From NCBI GenBank assembly GCA_951406725.2, contig OX597815.1, positions 121,458,001-121,522,000 of the forward strand: a DNA stretch of 64,000 bases, read 5' to 3'. Both the position numbers and the translations under genes were made by a program. Positions 52,545-64,000 of this stretch are shown here, piece after piece. Position 1 is the first letter of the stretch. Every line of letters begins with the position of its first letter. Source of the stretch: Octopus vulgaris. Its lineage: Eukaryota. The notes beneath the pieces were generated by a model. The model made no database searches and had not been told where the DNA came from. It saw nothing but the letters and a program-made list of their open reading frames with translations.

Positions 52545-53900
52545 TGTGTCTGTGTTTGTTTCCCACCCCCTTGCTAGGCAACCAGTGCTGGTTTGCTTAT
52601 GTTCTAGTAACTTAGCAGTTTGACAAAAAAGACTGATAGAATAAGTACCAAACTTAAAAATGAAAAAGCCCCAGGGTCACTTTGTTCGACTAAACCCTTC
52701 AAGGCAGTGCCCCAGCATGGCCACAGTCCAATGACCAAAGGAAGTAAAAATAAAAAGGAAAAGATAAAGATTACACCTCGTTATCATTAACAAGAGCAAC
52801 AACTACTATCAAGCAAAGTGGGTGGAAGCATCATAATGGTAGATTGCGAATTAACAGGATTTATTTAACTAAATGATTGGTTTACTAGCAAAATTTAATA
52901 TAATTCTATTGCAAGGAAACGACCTTTCGGTTATTTATTCTTGTATTTAGTAATACTACAGTGATTAGATAACATTGATTACATTGGCAAATGATGCTTG
53001 TTCTTTGGTTGGTTGGTTGTTTAGTTACATATATAACAGGAGTGACTAATTAATCATTGTTTGATGATCAGTTAAACATTTCTGTTTTGATAAGATTCAA
53101 GGAATCATATCAGTTAAATTTGCTTTTTGTTTTTTAATCTTTTGTTGTTGTTTAGCTCAAGGTCAATTCTCATTGAAGAAACCTATAATAAAAGGCATTC
53201 AAGTTGTCATCTTGTTTATTTTTTCTTTAAAGTTTTATGTATCTAGGGTTATATTGTCCTTTATACACAAGCCTCCTTACTTGTTTTATGACAGCAGAGT
53301 ATATGAGGGAAACTCCCTGTCTTTTCTGGCAATTTGAATGACCACATAGAAGCTCCTTTGATAGCCTAATCACAAAGAACAGCATAAGAAAAAAAAATAT
53401 TGCCATGCAGGCACAAGGATGGCTGTGTGGTTGAAAGCTTGCTTCCTAACCATGTTGTCTTGACTTCACTGCCATTGTGCAATACCTTTGACCAGTGTCA
53501 ACTGCTATAGCCCAAAATCTTATGATTGGATTTGGTAGATGGAAACTGAAAGAAGGTGTTCATCCCTCGACACTGCTTGACAGCTGATATTGGTTTGTTT
53601 ATGTCCTTGTAACTTTATAGTTCAGCAAATGAGTGATAAAATAACAAACTTTAAAAAAATGGAGGGGTGGTTCCCCATCATTGTCACAGTGCAATAACTG
53701 AAATATGTAAAAGGGTTATATCGTCTTAGACACAATAAGCCTCCTTTCCTTTTTAAGACAGTAGAATATGATAGGAGGGACATTTTCTGTGTTTTCTAGC
53801 TATCTGAATGACCACATAGAAGCTCTCCCATTATCTTGTACTAATGAGGGTCATAGCCCAAATCATGATAGAACACCAGTGTAGGAAAAAACATCATTAC
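52545..53900. mobile_element. SINE A tail, SINE A copy and two diverged copies of a short retroposon
   Basis: agggttatat..aagcctcct..tgaatgaccacatagaagctc occurs at ~53235 and ~53712, either side of the SINE at 53405-53710. Confidence 0.7.
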
Positions 53901-56759
53901 TATATTTGATTTTCTGTTTATTTTTAAAGAACCGTCTTGGTTAGTTATAGGTAGTCAATAGGTATACCTTCATACTAATGCTCTTTAATTTCAGACAGTT
54001 TATATACTTGCTTCAATTTTCAAGGATATAATTTTTCTATATGTGGTTTTTACATTTGAGTAACGTAACATCTTATGCAATGTCTTCTAAGGTTTTATGA
54101 GAAACTTAAAATTTATCTTAATTTTCATTCAATTAACTTAGATATGTTTCGATTGGTCAAGGCCATGTCTAACTTAATAGCACCACCTAATAGGATTTGC
54201 TAAATCTTTTTTTTAGTTAAGTTTTGTGGTTTCATGGCCCATTCGAGTAGGGAGTTCTTGTTGAATTAGTTGTATCCAGGTGTAGGTGGCTTATCTGGTA
54301 TTCCTTGAAGGAATTTGTGTCCAATTGCTAACTAATTTTAGTATTGAATTATACCCACCAGTAATATTTCTTTCTACTATAGTGGCATGTAAAAACATCC
54401 CAGCGTCATGCAAATGGTACCTGTGCCGGTGGCACATAAAAATACCCATTACACTCTGAGTGGTTGGTGTTAGGAAGAACATCCAGCCATAGAAAATCAT
54501 GCCAATTCAGACTGGAGTCTGGTTCAGCCTTCCAGTGTGTCAGCCCAGTCAAACTGTCCAACCCATGCCAGCTTGGACAACAAATGTCAAATGATGATGA
54601 TGATAAATTCAAGGTCTGAAATTTTGTAAGAAGTGACTAGTTGGTTACATTGACCCCAGTATTGTCAATTTTTCATCTGAATTTTTCATGCTGGCTTGCA
54701 TTGGATGAGACAGCAGTCTTGAAGCTGTTTTTGTACAGCCAGATACCCTTATTCCACATCTTTGCTTATGAATCCATTGAGCTGAAAAACTCTCTGTTTA
54801 TGCAAAACATAAACAATATCAGTGCTGCCTAAGTGATGTTAATGTGATGCATGTGGACACAAACACAGTCCACACACAAATACATAAATGTATCTATGTG
54901 TATATATATGTGTGTATGCACACACACACACACACACATATACACATGGTGAACTTTTGTATAGTTTCCTTCTACCAAATTTTACTCACCAAGCACTGGT
55001 CAACCCGATGCTATAGTAGTAGACACTTGCTGAAGTTATAGAGTGGGATCAAACTCAATGTAATGTGGTTGCAAAGTAACCTTCTTCACCACACAGCCAT
55101 CTGTGGAATAACATTAAGTTTTAAAACTGTGAACATGCATTAGTGGAACTCACAACGTAGCTTGTATTTTCTTTCTTTTTATAACATTCTAAGGAAGATT
55201 TGATCTCTGAGTAACTCTTAGAGCAATCTCCTTGCTTTGGTTACTATTATTTTATATCATAATGGTTTTACTTTTTTTGCTCACTTTTTTGACGAGCTAA
55301 TGCTCAAACTATTGATGTACTTGATAATTGCAGTGTTCAAATGTCTTTCACTTTGTTTTAGCTCTGTCTCTCTACAATATATACTTAGTCTCATACTATT
55401 TTAGCCTCTACTTTCTTTTCTTGGCTTGCTCTTCTCTTCTAGATATTTATGTAAAGTTTTTATTCTCTTCTTTAATCATACCTCACCTTGAAAGATATGT
55501 GTCTAATCACCAATTAAACTTTGTATTTAATCTCATATGAACAAAGTTGCTCTATGTCATTGATCAACTTCATTTTGATAGATGATGTGTTTTTGTCAAT
55601 TTTCATTTGATAGAGTTTTTATTTTGTGCAGTTGGTTACATATGTTGCATTAATTTACATCAAGCATCTTTTTAAACATCTTGACATTTGCATGCTGATT
55701 GAAAACAAAGTCACTTTTCATACAAACAGTGTTGCTTGTTTGCAATCTTCTACAAAAACATGTCTGGCATTGAGCTGTTTGTTATTCAAATGACCAGAAG
55801 ACAGTACTTTGCATGGAAATAGGTGAGGACCATCAACAGGAAAGCATCTATTTGCATAAAATTTGCCTTAACATGTCTCATCAGATGCACAAAAGCATAG
55901 AATAGAAAAGGTGATGGTGGTGATGGTCCTTTTAATTCCTTTTCAATTTGTCTAATTTTTATCTAACTGTCTGTTTCTTTCCCACTGAATCTAATCTAAA
56001 TAAAGATTAACCCAGCAAAGCGATGTCTTTAATAGTTTTGAAAAATGTATTACTCTTTAAGAGACATCTGAAAATATATTTGTCATTGGGATTCTATCCC
56101 TGAAATGTTATCTGTGTAACAGCTGTACTTAGATCAGTTTATTCCTTTTGTTTCAACAAAAAGATATATTGATTCTAGTTGTATTTCTCTGTGATGCTAT
56201 ATTCATTTCATCTCTCAAGTGTAAATCAAATGTGTTCAGATTATAAATACACTAAAGATTTCATGAAGAGCAAAAGACACGCACATGCTTCTTGGCAAAT
56301 AATCTAGTTAACAATATGAAATTATACACTGTGTAATATAGTAATTATATATAATTAGACACCAGATAATATGTTATCTTTCTTATTTTGTCAATGTAAT
56401 GCAACTTTAAAGATATTCACTACTTCCTCTAAGAAAAATGTGTTTTAAACAGATTTGTAAATCAAGTAGTATAGACTTAGTTTGTTTGAGACTTAATGTC
56501 ATTTGATTTGGAAGTAATATATATTAATATATATATAGAATAAAGAATATATTAGAAGATATAATTTGGTAGAAAGAAACTGTGCTGAAACCTGTGGTGT
56601 ATGTGTGTATTGGCTATGAATGGAAAAATTGCTTAACTCTTTTGATACTCACCTACCTGGGACTACCCCTGGTTCTGTGATACCAGTTTCATGGCTTAAA
56701 GTAATCTGAATTAAAATCTTCCGTTAAAATTTCATGTTAATATGCCAAACACTGGATTA

Positions 56760-56997
56760 TCTTTTTATCTTTTACCTTTAACCTGTTTCATTCATTAGAC
56801 AGAGTTCTGTTCAAAAGGGTTTAGCCAAACAAATCAACCCCACTACTTATTTCTAAGCCTGGTAACTATTCTATCAGTTCCCTTTGTCAAACCACTATGT
56901 TACAAGGATGTAAACATATCAATACTAGTTGTCAAGTGGTGGTGACACACACACACACACACACAAATATGCATATATCATCACCATCATGACATAT

Positions 56998-57036
<39 letters not shown>

Positions 57037-57285
57037 AATGGAGTTGAATGCAGGTGTTATTCAAATTCTTTTACTTTCTATATATGTTTTGAAACAAATG
57101 GTAATTTATTCATCCATTTACATATAAATATATATATATATATGTATTTATATGAGAGACTTCTTTCAGTTTCTGCTAATCAAATCTGCTAATGAGGCTT
57201 TGCTCAGCCTGGTGCTATAGTAGAAGAATCCAGACTCATGTGGTTGTGAAGGACACTTCTTATCCTGCACCTATGCTTGCACCTA
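56760..57285 (-). mobile_element. Diverged SINE family A
   Basis: Tail, central microsatellite and head in reverse orientation. Confidence 0.75.
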
Positions 57286-57379
57286 TTATCCAATACATTT
57301 TCATTAGTCAGAAAATGCAGATACTTGTTTATTAAATAATGGAGTTGATATATCATTTATACAATAAATTTAGTCTCCT

Positions 57380-58810
57380 AACATTTTGTTAACACCAATT
57401 GGTCGTTATAAGACTAAAAAATTTATAATGCTGTGTGTGTGTGACACATTCTATGAAGCTAGAAAAATTAGGAACAACAAATCTAACAACCAGCAGACTA
57501 ATAGAATAAATCCCACCACTAATGAAGTGCTTCCTAGTAACACAAAGACCAGAGTACTAATAGCCCTCCACAACACCACACAACACAGATATACCTAATA
57601 ATTTATGTGGCTGCAGGGATAGAAGTAAGTGCCAATTCTCTAATAGATGTAAGACTAAAAATGTAGTTTACCAATGTGACGTACACACATCCTATATAGG
57701 AGCCATGTAAAACCAAATGATACTTAGGTACAATGCAGACCAATCTAGCTTCAGAAATAGGAGTAAGGCAAATTCAACAGGGCTTAGTAGCTATATGTGG
57801 GAGCTTAAGGACAAAAAAATATAATAAAGATTAGAATGGTGCATACTCGCAAAAACAAACTTCTTACAACTCTACCAATAGACAGTGCAATCTCTGTTTA
57901 ACCAAACACCTGGAAATTCTAACGGCTAAGCCATCTCCTCCTAATAGAAAATATGAGAACAGTAATTTTTGTCTACATATAGGCCTCTTTGTCTTTTCCA
58001 AGTATCGGTAAACCCGCTTGACCCTGTACAAATCCTACACTAGCATCTTCATCTAAATAATCCCATTTAGCCGAGAACCACTTAAACTATTTACATGCAA
58101 ACATTCACCTCCCAACCCCCTCTCGCTTTACACATCCCATAATAAATTATTTTACACCTATACAGGGCTTCCTCCTTTACTATGAACTTCATACAACTTT
58201 AAGTCCAAAAGACACAAATTCCTTACTCACCTCGGACTGAGTAATCCAGATAGAGTTAGCCTCCTTTTTACCATGAGTTGGAGTTGACCCACTTTCTTTA
58301 CACCACTGATGAAAAGTCTAGCCAGAATAAACTCATGGAAAATATGCACTTGCTTAAACTTGGACCTACAGATCAAAATAACCCCCATCCTACATCCACT
58401 TTGCAGCAGAATTATCGACTAAGAACTCTACTGTAATGTAAGACTCACCATTCTTTGTCTTTATTCTTGTTACCGATGTAGCCCTATATCTTTCGCTCTT
58501 CTTACCTCTACATATGACTATGCATTCTGATGATGTCTACCACTACAACTGGTAAACAGAAACGATCGTAAATGTACTATTACTACCACTTTCCTTTATT
58601 AATTAATTGAATTAATGGCTTACTAGTGCAAACAATCAACTTCTTCCTGTTATTTTTTCTCCATTTTCTTCTTGCATATAATTTAAACTACGGTTTACCC
58701 ACTGAATTAACCACCATCGTATACCTTTTACCAAGGATTGTACCTATACAGGTAATCACCAGGAGTGTCTTTGGATTTAACCATCCCTTAGAGGTTTTAA
58801 ACACCTAACT
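57380..58810 (+). mobile_element. Penelope-like element 3' part (Cys-rich GIY-YIG endonuclease plus 3' UTR/pLTR)
   Basis: From 57606: CGCRDRSKCQFSNRCKTKNVVYQCDVHTSYIGA..RYN..SSFRN..STGLSSYMWELKD..EWCILAK..YNSTNRQCNLCL..NRKYE..FCLH, with stops and a frameshift; followed by a hammerhead. Confidence 0.85.
58521..58576 (+). ncRNA. Minimal type-I hammerhead ribozyme, best preserved in the window
   Basis: tgcatt-CTGATGA-tgtctacca-ctacaac-tggtaaaca-GAAACGATCGTA-aatgta: 6 bp stem I, 9 bp stem II (1 mismatch), palindromic ACGAUCGU stem III, GUA site at 58568-58570. Confidence 0.85.
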
Positions 58811-58815
58811 TATAC

Positions 58816-58856
<41 letters not shown>

Positions 58857-58857
58857 A

Positions 58858-58991
58858 ATATAAAATACTGTGTACATTTAAACACATTAAGAGGTTTCCA
58901 TCATAGGAATCCCTTAGCTGTTCCTTCTAGCGTAAGCGATTCCTATGATGGAAACCTCTTAATGTGTTTAAATGTACATTGTATTTTATAT
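58858..58991. repeat. Near-perfect ~130 bp hairpin next to (CA)n/(TA)n
   Basis: tgtacatttaaacacattaagaggtttccatcataggaatc pairs perfectly with gattcctatgatggaaacctcttaatgtgtttaaatgtaca. Confidence 0.92.
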
Positions 58992-59109
58992 GAATAATAT
59001 ATAGTCTATTAACCAATTTTTCTATATGCTAGGCCTCTGCTAGTAAAAATTTCTAAAATCTTTATTACCTTGATGTTATTAATTATATATATATATATTT
59101 CTTTATTGC

Positions 59110-59297
59110 CCACAGGGGGCTAAACATAGAGGGGACAAACAAAGAGATTAAGTCAATTACATCAATCCCAGTGCGTAACTGATACTTACTTAATCGACCC
59201 CAAAAGGATGAAAGGCACTGTCAACCTCGGCAGAATTAGAATTCAGAATGTAACAACAGATGAAATGTCACTAAGCATTTTGCCCGGCGTGCTAACA
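59110..59297 (-). mobile_element. SINE family B variant
   Basis: tacttacttaatcgaccccaaaaggatgaaaggc..gtcaacctcggc. Confidence 0.8.
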
Positions 59298-59387
59298 CCT
59301 CAAGTGTCTTCTACTATAGCCTTGGGTCGACAAAAGCCTTGTGAATGGATTTGGTTGGCAGAAACTGAAAGAAGCCCATCGTTTATA

Positions 59388-61099
59388 TCTTTATCTTTAT
59401 AAAAAGTAAAGTTTGTTTGTTTGTACATTGACCACTGAAAACGTTAAGTAGAATTGATATTTCAGGTTCTTCATATCATTTAAATTAACTTGACCATTCT
59501 GCAGATAACTGTGCACTTTCCGAAAACAGATTGGGGGTGGACACGACTTGGCGGTGTATTGGCTCATATTTCTAGCAATCCATATACTTTCTATTTCACT
59601 ACAATGTCTATATATCCTTATAAAGAGCAAAGTTTGTTTCTTTGCTTATTTGTTACATTAACTGCTGAAAGCATTAAATATAAAAAACCAGTTTGTTTGT
59701 TCGTTTCTACATTGATCACTGAAAACACTAAATAAAATTGATGATATTTCAGGTTTGTCGTGTCATTTAAATTAACTTGACCATCCCACAGATTTTTCCA
59801 AAAACAAAAAGGTGTGGGGCGGGGTTTGAGTTTGCGGTGTATTTGCTCCTATTTCTGGCAATCCATGTACCGTCTATTTCACCATAATTATTTTTACAGG
59901 GTGAAAAAATACTCCACCTGTCACTCTATCCACCTCCAACTTCTCTAAGTTTATACATTACATTTATTCCTTTGAAGTTGCTGCCAGACCTCTGCTTTCT
60001 CTCTGTCTATATGTCCCTCTCTATGTTTCTATCTCTCTCACTATCTCCCTGTCTGGTTATATATGTTTCTCTCTCTCACTACCTCTACCTCTTTTTCTCT
60101 CTAGAGAAAAAACATGAGAGATAGACCGAGAAAGGTGTTACGGAGAAAAAATAAATGAAACGAAAGACTTCTGCCTTCTCTCTGTCTAAATGTCTCTCTC
60201 TATGTCTCTATCTCTCTCGTTATCTCCCTCTCTCTTTCTCTGGTTGTAGTTATGTCTCTTTCTCTCACTACCTCTACTTCTCTCTAGAGAAAAAATGTGA
60301 GAGAGATAGAAAGGGAGTTAGGGAGAAAAAACAAAGGAGACAGAGTGGGGATGGACGTTGCCACATCTATAAATCCTTTCTCAAAGTTGTCGACAAGGAG
60401 GTTGCTGTTCATTATCCTGTTGAATTCCTCAACAGTCTGGACCTGTCTGGTAAGCCACCACACAACCTTGAATTGAAGAAGGGTGCTGTCATCAAGCTTC
60501 TCAGAAACTTGGATCAGCCGAGGTTGTGCAATGGTATACATATGGTTGTGACTGAACTACAACCTCACATTATCAAAGCGAACATCCTCACTGGATGTGG
60601 TAAGGGAGACATTGTATTTATACCTAGAATACCACTAACACCAACAGATGTCCCCTTTCGTTTGAAACAATTGTAATTCCCAGTGAGTGTCAGTTACACA
60701 TTGACCATTAACAAGTCCCAATGTCAAATACTGCAGGTTGTTGGTCTCCATCTAGAAGAAGGCTGTTTTTCACATGGCTAATTGTAAGTTTTCCAGAGTA
60801 GGAAGCCCATAGAAGCTCTTCAAATATGCTCCAAAGAAATAACATAAAAACAGTGTATATACTAAAGTTCTGTAAACGTTTTATAATTTTTGTACAATAC
60901 AGTTCTTTCTTATTAATCACATTATGTTTTGTATTTAGATATTCTAAATAAATTTGCAAAATTATGTTATGCAATATTTAAATACTTTTTAATAACTTTT
61001 ATTGCAAGGAAAATGGGCATTGTGACAGATGCCAATATGTGCCATATGAATACATTTCAACACCGTGCAGAAGAGGCTGAAGGCCAGGAGACCCACTAG
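59388..61099 (+). mobile_element. Internally deleted Helitron
   Basis: A|TC start at 59388, second 5' end at ~59607, helicase remnant, 3' CTAG|T at 61096-61099. Confidence 0.85.
60385..60810 (+). pseudogene. Helitron PIF1-like helicase C-terminal fragment
   Basis: YPVEFLNSLDLSGKPPHNLELKKGAVIKLLRNLDQPRLCNG..VFIPRIPL..L*FPV..TINKSQCQ..VGLHL..CFSHG*L*V; in-frame stops. Confidence 0.93.
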
Positions 61100-61130
<31 letters not shown>

Positions 61131-61427
61131 TTGTCTCCCCCCATCACCACTTGATAACCAGTGTAGGTGTGTTTGCTTCCCCGTAACTTAATGCTTCAGC
61201 AAAAGAGAGCGATGTAATAAATACTAGGCTCTAAAAAAAAGTCCTGGGGCTGATTTATTTGACTAAAACTCAAGGTGGTGCTTCAAATGACAAACAGGGA
61301 GAGGAATGTGTGTGTGTAAGGTTAGTAGAGTTAGAGGTTGAAGCAAAATGGTATGATTTAAACATATTCAGCCTTTCCTTTTCCATCTCTAGGCTCTTCT
61401 TTTCTTTTATGTATGTATTTTCCTTCA

Positions 61428-61536
61428 CTCTGATGAAGCTCCATGTTCCAGATCGGCTTTATTACCAAATATGATGAATGTTATCTTTAGTATATCAATG
61501 GCAATACCAAATAACATTGCAGAAACTGCTGTTAGA
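61428..61536 (+). ncRNA. Possible degenerate hammerhead with long helix II
   Basis: ct-CTGATGA ... GAAA-ctgctg-TT-ag; stem III is one change from palindromic ACAGCTGT; stems I and II are weak. Confidence 0.3.
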
Positions 61537-61637
61537 TGAGATGCAGTCTATTTGTATTGAATTAAAAAATAATAATTGATGTAAGTCAACTGTTGTTGAT
61601 CAACATTTCTCCATTTTCTGTTTACTTTGTATGTATA

Positions 61638-62233
61638 CTAGCAGTATCACCCAGCGTTGCTCAGGTTTGTTTCGACCCTTTGCAATTGGAATTTTTGAAA
61701 AGTAAAAATTTTGCAATATGTAGTTTGTTATTCTTTTAAGTGAACATTTTTCTGGTTGAAATACACAGAAAAATGGCGACACAGCAGTCAAAAAATCATA
61801 AAAAATAGGGATTTTCATAGAAAAAAAAGCACCTTTTTGATGTAAATAATTTTTGGTGTTAATATGGTCCGATTTGAATTTTTCCTTCTATGGAAGGAAG
61901 AGCAAGCCTTCTTCTATCATACTCTCAATTTTGGTCAACTTGCACATCGCAGGGTCTTGGAGGAGATAGTGTTAGTTGAAGGCTGCCAAACCTGCCATAC
62001 ACAGATAACTTCAGCTTTGTATATATCATCATCATCATCATCATCATCATCGTTTAACGTCCGCTTTCCATGCTAGTATGGGTTGGACGGTTCAACTGGG
62101 GTCTGGCAAGCCCGAAGGCTGCACCAGGCCAGTCAGATCTGGCAGTGTTTCTACAGCTGGATGCCCTTCCTAACGCCAACCACTCCGAGAGTGTAGTGGG
62201 TGATTTTATGTGCCACCGACACAAGATATAGAT
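61638..62233 (-). mobile_element. Non-autonomous Helitron with an RTE 3' end (62026-62224) inserted near its 5' terminus
   Basis: 3' end acctgagcaacgctgggtgatactgCTAG matches 923-951; 5' end tctatatc...atatatacaaagctg is split by the RTE tail. Confidence 0.8.
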
Positions 62234-63419
62234 ATAATAATAATGTTGAATGGCTTACTTGTTTTCTTTCTTGTAAAACCTATTTGAGGACTTTGCATTG
62301 TGAGCATCCTGCAAAATCTCTACAATCTGAATCTGTGGGCTTGTAGTATGTATTATGTCCACATCTTTTGTTAGCATAGCACTGGGTAGTGTCTAGATGT
62401 CTTTCAGTGTGGTGGCTCATTGATAGTTATTAAAAATGCTAGCTTGTGCTGGAATGAAACTAATCCAAGATGAAAAGTAAATGTGTAAAGTTTCCTCAAA
62501 CTATTTGATATTCAGCAATTGTAAATATAAACATAATTTTTATTTTAAGTATAATTTTTAGCAATGCAAGCAGTATTAATACCAAAAGATAATCATATCC
62601 TTATTAACTCATACATACATACAAATACACGCATGCACTCATGCATGCACACAAACACACACACACACAGAGTTCTTTCTTTAAATGATTTGCACAAATA
62701 AACTGCCTGAGTTGGAAGTTAAATCATTAGTCTTATAAAACTACAAAATTAGAAATGCTAGTTTATGTATGTGTGTGTGTGTGTGTGTGTATCAACAAAT
62801 CATTGAAAATAATTGATTGGATACAAACAAATTAGTTCTTGGTAAAAGTGGAAATATATGTAGCCTGAAAGATTTATTATTTAGAATTTTCAAACTTCAA
62901 ACTTTATTAGATATAAACCCAAACAACAAGTAACTGTTCACTTTATTAGTAGGTCTAAACATAAACAAATAACTGAAATAATTATCCAGACATGAAATTA
63001 GAAGTTAATTTATCTTCATTACTGGAGTGCTATATATCTTTATTAAGAAACTTGCCCGGTTTTATTGTTTGTTCCAGTCAGCTTTTTATCAAGCAGATAC
63101 TTGGCACAGGAGCAGCCAATCAAATACTTGGTAGTGAACCATGAACTAAAAACCACATATACAAATTTGGTTTTTATCCATTTAATCTAGTACATTATCG
63201 ATACTTAAGTGTGTAATTATGTCCGGGGCAGATAATTTAGCAATGGAACTGTATCTCTAATTTTGGGTTGTGTGTCCATTGTTATTGGTATGCACAATTA
63301 TACTGGAAATATTTTCAGATTCTGTATTAAATTTCACACTTTATACCTTTATCATCAACTACAGCAACCAAGGAATTTTTTTCCTCCTCAGTGCTAGCAA
63401 GAATTGAAATGATATTCAA

Positions 63420-63780
63420 CTTTGCTATCCTAACTGTATCCTGCATCATCTCTCATGGCCTAATATCATAAATTCATCCCAAATATTACTTGGCTTGCTT
63501 CTGCTCTTGCTCACTGCTATACTTGATTACCTTCTAGCTATACTTTTTCACTGATGCATTATCCATTATGCATTAGATATCTTCACTGGCCAAGTTATCA
63601 ACCGATATTTCCAATCATAATCACTTTCTCTATTTACCAACACTCCATCTAATTCTGCCAAGTTCAATTTGCACATGGAATAAATAAAACTTTGTTCATT
63701 TTGCTGTACTCACTGCAAGTTTTCTGCCTTAAAATTTCCATGTTTCATTACTAGACAGTATCACATATCTGATACCCACA
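63420..63780 (-). pseudogene. Old RTE RT C-terminal remnant
   Basis: VILSSNETWK, QNEQSFIYSMC and KSRSKPSNIWDE parallel the RTE motifs at 39941-40445. Confidence 0.55.
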
Positions 63781-64000
63781 TCTTACTGATTATTGCTTTC
63801 AATGAACGATGAATCCCTTCAAACTAGCAACAGTAATAGTTTTCTGTTTTTCCCTCTCACTTACTTTAACAGTATTTATTGATTATGATCTTTGATCTCT
63901 CGGTAATAAAACTTGGAATAAGTTTCAGTGCTTCTAAAAGCTATATCTGAGAAATTGTTTACAGAAAATTCCCAGAAACATTTTTGGGGGGTTTTAAAGA

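Larger units (their letters stand above)
59298..61290 (+). mobile_element. SINE family A split by a Helitron
   Basis: 5' part 59298-59387 and 3' part 61100-61290. Confidence 0.8.

Noticed and set aside
58307-58345. Second hammerhead (CTGATGA...GAAA) in the Penelope 3' region
   Set aside because: Could not form helices II and III or find a matching helix I
60155-60676. Cellular PIF1 gene
   Set aside because: Lies within Helitron termini, has in-frame stops, lacks the N-terminal helicase motifs, and its ORF start is CT-repeat derived

Overview
AT-rich, microsatellite-dense animal DNA. The repeat families look like those of Octopus (coleoid cephalopod); this is my recollection and is not database-verified. 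No intact host protein-coding gene is recognisable, and most ORFs in the track are microsatellite or repeat artefacts. The first ~11 kb retains CpG and holds candidate promoter and 5' exons on the + strand. The rest looks CpG-depleted and reads like one very large, methylated intron filled with nested transposon remains: tRNA-derived SINEs, RTE LINE 3' ends, a ~3.2 kb decayed CR1-group LINE, Helitrons (two PIF1-helicase remnants), a Merlin transposase relic, hAT and piggyBac-type MITEs, and three Penelope-like (GIY-YIG) remnants. The most interesting signal is a set of minimal type-I hammerhead ribozyme motifs. They lie next to Penelope remnants or inside short non-coding elements that abut (TA)n tracts, and one has a variant CUGUAGA core. 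Also notable: a LINE/SINE pair sharing a 3' tail and stem-loop, and an old Helitron helicase split by that LINE. All translations, alignments and folds were done by eye, and many boundaries are approximate.
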